From Candidatus Zixiibacteriota bacterium (GTDB taxonomy: Bacteria > Zixibacteria > MSB-5A5 > GN15 > FEB-12): a DNA stretch of 29,898 bases. This document shows, piece by piece, positions 9,868-19,125 of this stretch; position 1 is the first letter of the stretch, and every line of letters begins with the position of its first letter. The stretch covers positions 1-29,898 of the forward strand of contig JBGSIV010000253.1 of assembly GCA_041742355.1 (NCBI GenBank). Direction: 5' to 3'. The notes beneath the pieces are model-generated. The model was given only the letters and a program-made list of their open reading frames with translations. It was not told the DNA's origin and did not search any database. Position numbers and translations under genes: made by a program.

Positions 9868-11438
9868 GACCGCCGTCTGAGAAGCAGTTCTTCGGCAAAG
9901 CGGATGTCACCGCGGTTGGGGAGGAGGACGTCCTGGTAGGTGCGGGTCGTCCCATACTCACGTTCGTATGCGATCTGGCGCAGGCGCAGGGCGATATAGT
10001 CGGCGTGGTCGAAGAGGAGACGGCGATCCTCCGCCTGTGAGCGTTGAAGCAGGCGGTCGGCCAGTTGCAGGATTCGGGGCGGAGCCTCCTCCAGGCGGGC
10101 CATGTAGACCAAATCCTCGGCCGCTTCGGTCGTCGGTGTGCTGTACACAAATCCGCTGGTGGTGATGTGGTGGGCGAACGAACTGAGAATCGGACCGTAG
10201 TTGCAAAGGTCGTCCTCGCCGAGGATATCCTCCATGTAGCGGTACGCGAACTCCTGTAGGAGGAGCGAGTTCTCCAGCGAGCGTACGAACGGGTCGAGCT
10301 CGGGATAGGCGTAGTAGTGGTCGGGCACCAGACCGTCGCCGGTGTCGACCAGCGTGGAGTCAAAACGATTCAGGTAGACACCGTTGTCGAAGTAGTAGCG
10401 CGAGACCGTCAGGCGCATGCCATCGCCATCGGGAAAGCCGAAGAATCCCTGGACCAACCCCTTGCCGAAAGTCGTGTCGCCGACGAGAAACGCGCGGCCG
10501 GCCTGCTGCAGCGCGCCGGCAACGATCTCGGCGGCCGAGGCGGAACCGCGGTTGACAATTATGGCAATCGGCAGACCGCCGGTCAGATCCCGGTGCATCG
10601 AACGGTGCGTTTCTTCATTCCAGCGGGAGCGGCCGTCGGTGCCGACAATGAACTGTCCGGCATCAAGAAAGATGTTGGCCGCCCGGTAGGCCTCGGCAAA
10701 AAGCCCGCCCGGATTGCCGCGCAGATCGAGGATCACCCCGACCGCTTCTTTCCCGAGAACGTTCTGTAATGAATCCACCGCGGATCGGATATCATCGGCC
10801 GTACCGGCGTCGAAATCGAGCACCCGGATGTACATGACGTCGTTGGCGGTAAACCCGGCAAACGGGACATGCACCAACGGGACCCGTTCGCGCATTAGGG
10901 CGACCATCGTGGTGTCGCCGGTGAGGGGCCGGAAGACGCGAACATTCGTGGTCGTGCCCGGTTCGCCGCGCAGATAGCGGCTGGCCTCGCCGGGGCCGAG
11001 CTTCGCGAAAGACACCGAATCGGTGCCGATGAGGATATCACCGGTGAGCAACCCGACTTTGCCGGCCGGGCCGCCCTCACGGACCGACATGATCTGCAGG
11101 CCATCCTCGTGCGGGATGATGGTGACACCGATCCCGCCATAGCCGCCGCTCATCTCCTCGCGCATCTGGTCAAACTCCTGGCGGTCGACATAGCCGGAAA
11201 AGCGGTCGAGCAGACTGAACATGCTGTCGCGGGCCGTCTGGATCATGCGCTCGCCGTTGACCGGATCGACCGCGTACTCCTCGATCGCGTGAGCCGCCAC
11301 AATCAGGCGGGAGGCGGCCCGGATGCCGGGATCGGAGAGCACGTAGATTCCCATACCGCCGGTCACGCCGATAACGAGGACGATCATGAGCAGGGAGACG
11401 AGCAGGTCGATGCGATTAAGCGGGACGTCGCGATTCAT
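9864..11438 (-). CDS. S41 family C-terminal processing peptidase (CtpA/Prc-like) with PDZ domain
   Basis: N-terminal TM anchor, PDZ GYGGIGV, ILDLRGNPGG, catalytic SASAAE and TFGKGLVQ. Confidence 0.92.
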   Translation of the reverse strand: MNRDVPLNRIDLLVSLLMIVLVIGVTGGMGIYVLSDPGIRAASRLIVAAHAIEEYAVDPVNGERMIQTARDSMFSLLDRFSGYVDRQEFDQMREEMSGGYGGIGVTIIPHEDGLQIMSVREGGPAGKVGLLTGDILIGTDSVSFAKLGPGEASRYLRGEPGTTTNVRVFRPLTGDTTMVALMRERVPLVHVPFAGFTANDVMYIRVLDFDAGTADDIRSAVDSLQNVLGKEAVGVILDLRGNPGGLFAEAYRAANIFLDAGQFIVGTDGRSRWNEETHRSMHRDLTGGLPIAIIVNRGSASAAEIVAGALQQAGRAFLVGDTTFGKGLVQGFFGFPDGDGMRLTVSRYYFDNGVYLNRFDSTLVDTGDGLVPDHYYAYPELDPFVRSLENSLLLQEFAYRYMEDILGEDDLCNYGPILSSFAHHITTSGFVYSTPTTEAAEDLVYMARLEEAPPRILQLADRLLQRSQAEDRRLLFDHADYIALRLRQIAYEREYGTTRTYQDVLLPNRGDIRFAEELLLRRRS

Positions 11439-12063
11439 GGCCCCTCAACTTTCGAGTCAGGTACTTCTTCAGATCCTCGAATACGGCCTCGGCCGGCCGG
11501 GAAGCATCAATGACTTTTACACGGCGGCGCTCTTTGCGTGCGATTTCCAGGAAACCCCGCCGGACCCGTTCAAAGAAAGCCTTCGATTGAGCCTCCAGGC
11601 GATCCGCATCCCCTTTGCGGCGGGTGACGGCCGTACGGACATCGAGGTCGAAGACAAAGGTCAAATCGGGTCGCACGGTACCGACCGCGACCCGGTGCAA
11701 ACCGCGAACCATGGTGATATCCAGGCGCCGGCCGAATCCCTGGTAGGCGGTGGTGCTGTCGTAGAATCGATCGCACAGGACAATCTGCCCCCGGGCGAGG
11801 AGCGGTGCGATCTGGCGTTCGGTCAGATCGGCCCGGGCAGCCTCGTACAGGAGCAGCTCGGTGCGGTCGGTGATTTCCAGCTTTCGGTCAAGGAGAATGC
11901 TCCGGATGCGTTCGGCAACCTCGGTAGAACCCGGTTCGCGCAGCAGGGTGACCTCTAAGCCCTGAGCAGTCAGGTACTTGAAGGTCAGCATGGCCTGGGT
12001 GGTCTTGCCGCAACCGTCGATGCCTTCAAATGTCAGGAACAGCCCTTTTCGGGATTTGTGCAT
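11416..12063 (-). CDS. tmk: Thymidylate kinase
   Basis: FEGIDGCGKTTQ, LREPG, LCDRFYDSTTAYQG, PDLTFVFD. ATG at 12063 has a GGAG RBS. Confidence 0.95.
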   Translation of the reverse strand: MHKSRKGLFLTFEGIDGCGKTTQAMLTFKYLTAQGLEVTLLREPGSTEVAERIRSILLDRKLEITDRTELLLYEAARADLTERQIAPLLARGQIVLCDRFYDSTTAYQGFGRRLDITMVRGLHRVAVGTVRPDLTFVFDLDVRTAVTRRKGDADRLEAQSKAFFERVRRGFLEIARKERRRVKVIDASRPAEAVFEDLKKYLTRKLRGHESRRPA

Positions 12064-12083
12064 AGTTTCTCCGCTTGTGGCAC

Positions 12084-12117
12084 AAAAAAACAACCGGCGG
12101 TGATTGTCACCGCCGGT
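12084..12117 (-). terminator. Intrinsic terminator after ino1
   Basis: Perfect 11-bp inverted repeat ACCGGCGGTGA (12093-12103) / TCACCGCCGGT (12107-12117), followed on the minus strand by TGTTTTTTT. Confidence 0.8.
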
Positions 12118-12146
12118 ATGGTAGCCAAATCAGAGATAACGGGAAA

Positions 12147-13364
12147 CTACTTTTTCTTGCGCACGACCCGCTTGGAAGACGCAGTGCCAGTGGTTTTCCG
12201 TCCTGCCGCCTTGGTCCCGGTCGCCGGGCGGGCGGACTTACGTCCCTTCGCGGCAGCGCGTACCGTCTGGCGACCGACGCTCTTGAACTTCCAGCCGTAC
12301 TCGGTAATAAACTGCTCGACCATCTGCCGGGCCACATCATCCGGATACTGCACGGGAGGGGACTTCTTGAAGTAGGCCGACGGTGCGATGAGCGCGCCTG
12401 AGAGGCCGTTGTCCAGCGCCAGCTTGCAGCAGCGGAGGGCGTCGATCACGACTCCGGCCGAATTCGGGCTGTCCCAGACCTCCAGTTTCATTTCGGCGTT
12501 GAGCGGGACATTGCCGAAGGTCGTGCCTTCCATGCGAATGTACGCCCACTTGCGATCGTCCAGCCACTCCACGTAATCGGACGGGCCGACGTGCACATTC
12601 TTCGGGGCCAGCTCGTAGTCGAGCATGCTGGTAACGGCGCAGGTCTTGGAGATCTTCTTCGACTGCAGGCGGGAACGCTCAAGCATGTTGAGGAAGTCGG
12701 TGTTGCCGCCGACATTGAGCTGGCTGGTGCGTTCGAGCTTAACGCCGCGATCCATGAACAGGCGGGTCATGACGCGGTGAACGATAGTTGCGCCAACCTG
12801 TGACTTGATGTCATCGCCGATGACCGGCAGCCCCTTCTCCTTGAACCGCTTCTGCCAGTACTGCTCCTTGGCGATGAAGACCGGAATGCAGTTCACGAAA
12901 CCGCAACCGGCGTCGAGTACCTGCTCGACATACCACTTCGTGGCTTCCTCCGAACCCACCGGCAGGTAGTTGATGACGACGTCGGTCTTCGTGTCCTTGA
13001 GGAGCTTCACGATGTCAACCGTGTCACCCGGGGCCTTCTCGATAATCTGCGAGAGATAGAAACCGAGACCGTCATGCGTCATGCCGCGCTGGACGGTGAT
13101 GCCGGCCTTCGGAACCTTGCAGAAGGTGTACGTGTTGTTCGGCTTGGTGTAGATCGCTTCCGACAAATCCTTGCCGACTTTGTTCTTGTCGATGTCGATG
13201 GCAGCGGAGAACTCGATGTCGCTGATGTGGTAGCCGCCGAGGTTGACGTGCATGAGGCCGGGGATCTTGTCGGTCTCCTTGGCCTTCTTGTAGAACTCGA
13301 CGCCCTGCACCAGCGAGGAGGCGCAGTTACCGACGCCGATAATCGCAACTCTGATTTTGCCCAT
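12147..13364 (-). CDS. ino1: Myo-inositol-1-phosphate synthase (short actinobacterial/archaeal type) with basic C-terminal tail
   Basis: [71 protein letters not shown]. Confidence 0.95.
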   Translation of the reverse strand: MGKIRVAIIGVGNCASSLVQGVEFYKKAKETDKIPGLMHVNLGGYHISDIEFSAAIDIDKNKVGKDLSEAIYTKPNNTYTFCKVPKAGITVQRGMTHDGLGFYLSQIIEKAPGDTVDIVKLLKDTKTDVVINYLPVGSEEATKWYVEQVLDAGCGFVNCIPVFIAKEQYWQKRFKEKGLPVIGDDIKSQVGATIVHRVMTRLFMDRGVKLERTSQLNVGGNTDFLNMLERSRLQSKKISKTCAVTSMLDYELAPKNVHVGPSDYVEWLDDRKWAYIRMEGTTFGNVPLNAEMKLEVWDSPNSAGVVIDALRCCKLALDNGLSGALIAPSAYFKKSPPVQYPDDVARQMVEQFITEYGWKFKSVGRQTVRAAAKGRKSARPATGTKAAGRKTTGTASSKRVVRKKK

Positions 13365-13414
13365 ACATAATTCCCTTTATTTCACAGGACCTACGGTTTG
13401 TTCGCTCTGTCGAA

Positions 13415-13444
13415 AATATAGAAGCAGCGACCGGCGGGTGTCAA
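13415..13444 (-). promoter_or_regulatory. Putative sigma70 promoter for ino1
   Basis: Minus strand TTGACA (13444-13439) - N18 - TATATT (13420-13415). Confidence 0.5.
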
Positions 13445-13450
13445 ATGCAA

Positions 13451-13479
13451 TTGACTCCGACGATGATCTTATATATCAT
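13451..13479 (+). promoter_or_regulatory. Putative sigma70 promoter for tetR
   Basis: TTGACT (13451-13456) - N17 - TATCAT (13474-13479). Confidence 0.6.
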
Positions 13480-13492
13480 TAGTATATGATCT

Positions 13493-13508
13493 ATGACTAT
13501 ATAGTCAT
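13493..13508. promoter_or_regulatory. Perfect 16-bp palindrome, likely TetR operator
   Basis: ATGACTATATAGTCAT lies between the tetR promoter and its GAGGAG RBS. Confidence 0.7.
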
Positions 13509-13523
13509 CCTCGAGGAGCGGCT

Positions 13524-14201
13524 GTGACAGACCGTCCCGCACGCCGCCGCGACGAACTCGACGAAAACGTCGTCCTCGCACTGGTGCGCAACGAGGTAGC
13601 TACCGATACCTTCCGGCGGCTGCCGTCGGCGAAGAAGGCGCGGGTGTACCAGGTGGCGCTCCAGTTGTTCGGCGAGTACGGCTACGACGGCCTCGCGATC
13701 GACCAGTTGTGCCGGGAGGCGGGAATCAGCAAAGGGTCATTCTTCCAGTATTTTCCCAGCAAGAGCCACCTGCTGGAGTTCTGCGTGGTCCTGTTCGACC
13801 ACTACCTGGCCGCGTGGACGGTCGAGATTCGCGCCAATGACACCGCGGTCCTCGCGCGGGAGCGGCTCCTGCACCTCTACCGTTCGATTGCGCTCAATTC
13901 CCGGTTGTTTCCGGCCGAGGAAAAGTTCTACCTGTTCGTCACGCGGGCGCTGAACCACTCGGCGGTGGCGCTGGAGGGAGTGGATATCGAGCGGCACTTC
14001 GAGGGGTACGTCACGGAGATCATCAGTCGCGGGGAGCAGACGGGCGAGATCCGGGGGGATTTCGACCCCCGGCTGACCGGGCATCTGGTGGCGCTGATCA
14101 TCGAGGCCCTGGTGGAACGAACATTCGAGGGAAAGGGACTCTCACGACACGAAGCAGAACGCTACCTGATTTCCTTCTTGTTCGACGGAATCAAGGCCTA
14201 G
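13524..14201 (+). CDS. TetR/AcrR family transcriptional regulator
   Basis: TFRRLPSAKKARVYQVALQLFGEYGYDGLAIDQLCREAGISKGSFFQYFPSK HTH. GTG start with GAGGAG RBS. Confidence 0.92.
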   Translation: MTDRPARRRDELDENVVLALVRNEVATDTFRRLPSAKKARVYQVALQLFGEYGYDGLAIDQLCREAGISKGSFFQYFPSKSHLLEFCVVLFDHYLAAWTVEIRANDTAVLARERLLHLYRSIALNSRLFPAEEKFYLFVTRALNHSAVALEGVDIERHFEGYVTEIISRGEQTGEIRGDFDPRLTGHLVALIIEALVERTFEGKGLSRHEAERYLISFLFDGIKA

Positions 14202-14542
14202 TAGAGTCGCCCGCCGGTCTCCGCTTCATCGGCCGGGCGGACGATTGCGATGCCGTCGCCGTCAGCCCTCGGCACTCCTAACACGAGAACCTCCGACATG
14301 AACCCGGCGATATTGCGCGGAGGGAAGTTCACGACTGCAAGGCACTGCTTGTTGAGCAGTTCCTCGGGGGGGTAATTGTTCTTGAACTGTGCGGATGACT
14401 GCTTGATGCCGATCTCGGGGCCGAAGTCGATTCTGAGCTTGTAAGAGGGATTGCGGGCGCGGTCGAAGTCGGTGACCTCGATAATGCGCCCGACTCGGAT
14501 ATCGACCTTGGCGAAATCGTCGTAGGAAATGGAATCGGCCAC
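14198..14542 (-). CDS. csaA: CsaA/Trbp111-type tRNA-binding, export-related chaperone
   Basis: ISYDDFAKVDIRVGRI, YKLRIDFGPEIGIKQSSAQ, AVVNFPPRNIAGFMSEVLVLG. GTG at 14542 is preceded by GAGAGG. Confidence 0.88.
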   Translation of the reverse strand: MADSISYDDFAKVDIRVGRIIEVTDFDRARNPSYKLRIDFGPEIGIKQSSAQFKNNYPPEELLNKQCLAVVNFPPRNIAGFMSEVLVLGVPRADGDGIAIVRPADEAETGGRLY

Positions 14543-14599
14543 GGAGACCTCTCGTCCGCAGAAAGTCGTCAGGCCGCAAACGGCCCGATCCACTGGATA

Positions 14600-15535
14600 C
14601 TACACGTTTACCGCCACCCGGACCTTGTAGCCGGTCATCGCCAGCAGCTCCGCCTGACGGGTGCGAATCATCTGCTCGGTCATGACAAAATCCGGGCCGG
14701 TGTTCTCGATCATGATCGACGAGGTACACGACGCATAGCAGCCGGCTTGGCGGAGGTCCTTCGTGCGAAGATACTCAAACGTGAACCCGGCCATGTAAGT
14801 ATCCCCCGCGCCGGTCGAGTCAAGCAGGCTGATGTTCGTGTACGGGGGGATGTCGATGAAATTCTTGCCATCGTAGATCACCGAGCCAAGCTCGGCCAGG
14901 GTCACGATTACGATCTTCGGCCCGGCGGCGTGGATCATTCGAGCGGCCTTGTACGGATCCTCGCGGCAGTCGACCCCGGTGAGAACTTTGGCCTCGAGCT
15001 CGTTCGGCTTGACGACATCGAAGAGCGCCAGCGTCTCCCAGATACCCGGCACCTGTTCATGGTAGATACGCCCGGTTGCGTCGGCGCCGCGAATCAATCC
15101 CTGCGGGTCGCAGAAGAAGAAACCGTCGAAGTGCTCGCGGACCTTGCGGATACCTCCGAAAGTGACTTCGCCGAGGATCGGGCCGACGAGCACCGCCTTC
15201 GCATCGGCGAACCAGGTCGGGTTGATCGGGAATATCTCGGCGGCGCGGCCGAGCAGGTCGAGCGTCCGATTGCCGAAGTCATCGTAGTAGTCAAGGGCAA
15301 ATCCGCCGGTCTCGTTCGAGGGGATAATCACATGGTCGATGCCATTGCGGGCCAGGTCGGTGATGAACTGGTCTTTGAAATCGGGCCCGACCGCCCCGAC
15401 CAGGCGCACCTTCTCCCCCATCTTGGAGAGCGCCAGCGCGGCGTTGGTCGAACAGCCGGAGAGCACGCGGCCGGCCGGCTTCACTTTCTTCGTCGTAATG
15501 AGATCGTAGACGGGGTTGCCCAAGGCGGTAATCAC
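14600..15535 (-). CDS. PfkB/ribokinase-family kinase, candidate myo-inositol kinase
   Basis: PNELEA and anion-hole motif DSTGAGD. DPQGLIR resembles the D-x-Q-[GA]-x-x-R segment of characterised ribokinase-family myo-inositol kinases. Inositol gene context. Confidence 0.85.
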   Translation of the reverse strand: MITALGNPVYDLITTKKVKPAGRVLSGCSTNAALALSKMGEKVRLVGAVGPDFKDQFITDLARNGIDHVIIPSNETGGFALDYYDDFGNRTLDLLGRAAEIFPINPTWFADAKAVLVGPILGEVTFGGIRKVREHFDGFFFCDPQGLIRGADATGRIYHEQVPGIWETLALFDVVKPNELEAKVLTGVDCREDPYKAARMIHAAGPKIVIVTLAELGSVIYDGKNFIDIPPYTNISLLDSTGAGDTYMAGFTFEYLRTKDLRQAGCYASCTSSIMIENTGPDFVMTEQMIRTRQAELLAMTGYKVRVAVNV

Positions 15536-15570
15536 GGGGAGTCCTTTCCGACAGGCGGGTCGCGGCGCGG

Positions 15571-16254
15571 TTACACCTCGCGCCGATCACCGAGCACTTT
15601 GTACGTATAGATGAGCCGCTGAATGGCCGTTATGAACGAAGTGACGCCAACCACGATCAGGGCCAGTTCAAGCCAGCCGCTGCGCGGAAATGCACCGACC
15701 GGGAAGAAATATTCAAGCAGCGAACCGGCGATAATAAGCATGAATTTTTCCAGCCGCCCCATGATGCCGACCGCACAGTTCTCGATCTTGCCCATCGATT
15801 CCGCAGCGGCGCGGGTATACGAGGCGATAATCATGCCGAACAGGGCGAACAACCCCCAGCCCGGATGGACGCGGCCCGAAAGGGTGATGCCGGCGAGCAC
15901 GAAAAACTCGCCGTAGCGATCGGAAACATGATCGAGAATGCCGCCGAAAACCGTGCCCATATTGCCGGCGCGGGCGGTCGAACCATCAAGCATGTCCGTA
16001 AACGAGGTCACGATCATCCAGAAGACTCCCCAGAGCCACTGGCCATCCCAGAAGAAAATGCCGGAGATGACCGCGCAGATGAGGCTCACCGCCGTGATGT
16101 AATTGGGGCGGAATCCCATGCGGACACAGATCTTCCCGAGGAAGAGCGATGACTCTTCGTAGAATTGCCGCTTACGCTGATTGATCCCTGGCTCCGCCAT
16201 GTAATCCCTTAATCGCTCGTGAAATCTGGCGCTAATATACAGATTTTTGGACAC
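15571..16254 (-). CDS. CDP-alcohol phosphatidyltransferase, PIP/AIP-synthase-like
   Basis: Signature DMLDGSTARAGNMGTVFGGILDHVSD, plus PNYIT, SYTRAAAES and GIMGRLEK. Confidence 0.9.
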   Translation of the reverse strand: MSKNLYISARFHERLRDYMAEPGINQRKRQFYEESSLFLGKICVRMGFRPNYITAVSLICAVISGIFFWDGQWLWGVFWMIVTSFTDMLDGSTARAGNMGTVFGGILDHVSDRYGEFFVLAGITLSGRVHPGWGLFALFGMIIASYTRAAAESMGKIENCAVGIMGRLEKFMLIIAGSLLEYFFPVGAFPRSGWLELALIVVGVTSFITAIQRLIYTYKVLGDRREV

Positions 16255-16509
16255 AGGTCAACGATGGTGATGACGGATTTTGCGGACAGGCTGTGGGTCC
16301 GTGGCGACCGCTGTTTGATGATAGTTGGTTGCCACACAAGTGGATATGGCGACGATTTCGTCGCAGGGCCACCAGCCGTTGAAATCATCGCGGAGAACCC
16401 CCGAAAATGTTTGGCCGAACGCGAAGAAGCCTGTTAGCTTTAAGCCGGAGTCGAAAACGCTCTTGCAGCGGAGTATCGAAAGGTCAGACCGGTGTGTGAA
16501 CGCGGTTCT

Positions 16510-19074
16510 GTGAATTGGATTGTTCTTTCGGGTGTGTTGCTTCTGCTGGTGAGCCTGTGGTGTGAGTCGGCCGAAGCCCGCATGAAGTTACGCGAGAGCG
16601 ACGGGCGCGGGCAGAACTACCCAATGGCCACCGCGCGCCCGGCCCACATGCTCGCCGCCCACCGCATCGGCCGTATTGAGCTGGCCGTTACCAACAACGG
16701 AACCTTCGGCGTGGAGTACACCCCCGCGTCGCGCAGCGATTACTTCACCGGCGATCCCGTCTCTCTGTCCTGTCAGTACCCGAAGGGTTCGGGCGTGACC
16801 TACCTGTTCGGCGCCGCTTTCTGGATCGGCGCGGTGGCCGGCCGCGATACTCTCGTTTCGGTCGGCGCGGACGGCTGGCAGACGGTGAACGAGATGTTTC
16901 CCGATGACGAACCTTTCGGACAGATGCAGTACCGTTCGATCAAGGACCCCAATGGTCCGTACGCCGATGAAGCGGTGTCGGAGGAGGACTACATCTCGGT
17001 GTACACCGACACGTTCCCCGGGCTGGTCGACAACGATTTCTTCGGCCGCCTCCACAAACCACTGAATATCGAAGTCCGCGAGGCATCGTACGCCTGGTCC
17101 TACGCCTATGCCGAGGACTTCGTCCTCTTCGACTACCGGATCAGGAATATCGGCAGCCAGCCGCTCCACAAGGTCTACATGGGAATATACGTCGACGACG
17201 AGATCTGCTACGACTGCATGGGAGGCACCAGCGGATACACCGACGACCACAGCGGGTTTCTGCGCACGTATGCCAACCAGTATGGGGCGTGCCAGTTCGA
17301 GGATACCGTGTTCATCGCCTGGCAGGCCGACAACGACGGCGACGCCGATGTGGTGTACTCCGACGGGCGAACCCATCCGACACCCGATGCGGTCGCTACA
17401 CGCATTGTGCGGACCCCCGCCGAGACTCTCGATGTGAGCTTCAACTGGTGGATCGGCAACGGCGACCCGCAACTCGATTTCGGACCGAGAGAACTGCCGT
17501 TCAAGGGGCAATGGGCCGAACCGTTTCGCGATTTCGGCACCGGCGGCCTGGGAACGCCGGAGGGGGATGTGAATAAGTACTATATCCTGCGCAACCGCGA
17601 GTTTGATTACGATCAGATCTTCACCGCCGACATCTCCCCCAATGATACGCTCTGGTTGTATCCGAACCAGGATCTCGCCGCCGATTTTGCCGATGGCTAC
17701 GATACCCGTTACCTGCTGTCGTTCGGGCCGTTTGAGATCGTGCCGGGACAGTCGCTGCCCATCTCCTTCGCCTACCTGGCCGGGCAGAATATCCACCGGG
17801 ATCCCGCCAACGGCGCCAATCTCCCCGATCGTCCGGATCTGTACTACCGCAACCTCGACTTTACCGACCTGTCGCTCAATGCCATGTGGGCCTCGTGGGT
17901 GTACGATAATCCGGGGGTGGATTCCGACGGCGACGGGTACTTCGGAAAGCACCACCTCTGCTCCACCCTGACCCAGCAGGGAGCGCTCAAGGTGGATACG
18001 TTCTGGTACGAGGGGGACGGCATTCCGGATTTCCGCGGCGCCGCTCCTCCCCCGCCCCCCGACTTCCGCCTGGAGTCGCCGTCGGAAGGAACGATCGTGA
18101 TCCGCTTCAACGGCTTGCGCAGCGAAACCACCCGGGACAATTTCTCCCGGTTGCAGGACTTCGAAGGGTACCGTGTCTACCTCGGGCGCGACAACAGGGA
18201 GGAAAGCTTCAGTCTCATCGCGTCGTACGATCGGGAGAACTTCAACAAGTACGTGTGGAACGAGGCGACCGACGACTGGGAGCTGAACGATCCCCCCTTC
18301 ACGCTACCGGAGCTTCGCTGCCTCTACGCCGATTCCTGCGGCGATAATTCCTTTGACCCGCTCTTCTACACACGCTCCCGGCGATTCCAGCATCCCGATT
18401 TCGCCGACTCGCAGTTCTTCTTCGTGCGCCAGGACTTCAATGCCGTCGGGACAGGAGCCGGTGCTATCGAAAAGACCTACCCCGACCAGCCATTCCCTTC
18501 GCACCTCGACCCCGATTCGGCCCGCCCCGATGAGCTGACCCCGCTGGGACATTTGAAGTACTTCGAGTACCAATACACTGCGGAAAACCTGCTGCCGACC
18601 GTGCCGTACTGGGTCAATGTGACCGCCTTCGATTTCGGTTCGCCGGAGTCGGGCCTGGCCTCGCTGGAGACATCGGTGACCGATGGTGCGAAGTCGATCT
18701 ATACAATTCTCGGAAATCCAGCCCAGGGGGATCCCGGCAAGATCACCGTGTACCCGAACCCGTACCGGGCCGATGCCGGGTACAGGGATCTCGGTTTCGA
18801 GGGACGACAGGATGTTGTCCGCCCCGATAACCGCGTGCGCGCGGTGCATTTCGCCAATCTGCCGCCGAAATGTACGATCCGGATATTCACACTCGACGGC
18901 GATCTGGTGCGGGAGATTGTGCACGACGGAGTGCAAGGATCGAGTTCTGCGTCGCACGATGAATGGGATCTGATTACGCGGAACACCCAGCGGGTCGCCA
19001 CCGGGCTGTACTACTGGACGGTTGAAGACGCCGCCGGAAACGTGCAGACAGGCAGGCTGGCAATCATCATGTGA
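16510..19074 (+). CDS. Large secreted protein with FN3-like region and C-terminal sorting-type Ig domain
   Basis: Signal peptide MNWIVLSGVLLLLVSLWCESAEA from GTG 16510 (alternative start 16492). DxDxDG-type Ca-binding motifs, DFEGYRVY. C-terminus VYPNPY...FANLPPKCTIRIFTLDGDLVREI...WDL...ATGLYYW. Confidence 0.8.
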   Translation: MNWIVLSGVLLLLVSLWCESAEARMKLRESDGRGQNYPMATARPAHMLAAHRIGRIELAVTNNGTFGVEYTPASRSDYFTGDPVSLSCQYPKGSGVTYLFGAAFWIGAVAGRDTLVSVGADGWQTVNEMFPDDEPFGQMQYRSIKDPNGPYADEAVSEEDYISVYTDTFPGLVDNDFFGRLHKPLNIEVREASYAWSYAYAEDFVLFDYRIRNIGSQPLHKVYMGIYVDDEICYDCMGGTSGYTDDHSGFLRTYANQYGACQFEDTVFIAWQADNDGDADVVYSDGRTHPTPDAVATRIVRTPAETLDVSFNWWIGNGDPQLDFGPRELPFKGQWAEPFRDFGTGGLGTPEGDVNKYYILRNREFDYDQIFTADISPNDTLWLYPNQDLAADFADGYDTRYLLSFGPFEIVPGQSLPISFAYLAGQNIHRDPANGANLPDRPDLYYRNLDFTDLSLNAMWASWVYDNPGVDSDGDGYFGKHHLCSTLTQQGALKVDTFWYEGDGIPDFRGAAPPPPPDFRLESPSEGTIVIRFNGLRSETTRDNFSRLQDFEGYRVYLGRDNREESFSLIASYDRENFNKYVWNEATDDWELNDPPFTLPELRCLYADSCGDNSFDPLFYTRSRRFQHPDFADSQFFFVRQDFNAVGTGAGAIEKTYPDQPFPSHLDPDSARPDELTPLGHLKYFEYQYTAENLLPTVPYWVNVTAFDFGSPESGLASLETSVTDGAKSIYTILGNPAQGDPGKITVYPNPYRADAGYRDLGFEGRQDVVRPDNRVRAVHFANLPPKCTIRIFTLDGDLVREIVHDGVQGSSSASHDEWDLITRNTQRVATGLYYWTVEDAAGNVQTGRLAIIM

Positions 19075-19125
19075 CCTGCACATCTCCGATGTGCGGGGCA
19101 CGGCCCAAAATCGGACCTGCCATGC

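Noticed and set aside
14600..16254. Di-myo-inositol phosphate pathway
   Set aside because: No inositol-1-phosphate cytidylyltransferase domain or gene is visible in the window. Not excluded if it is encoded elsewhere.
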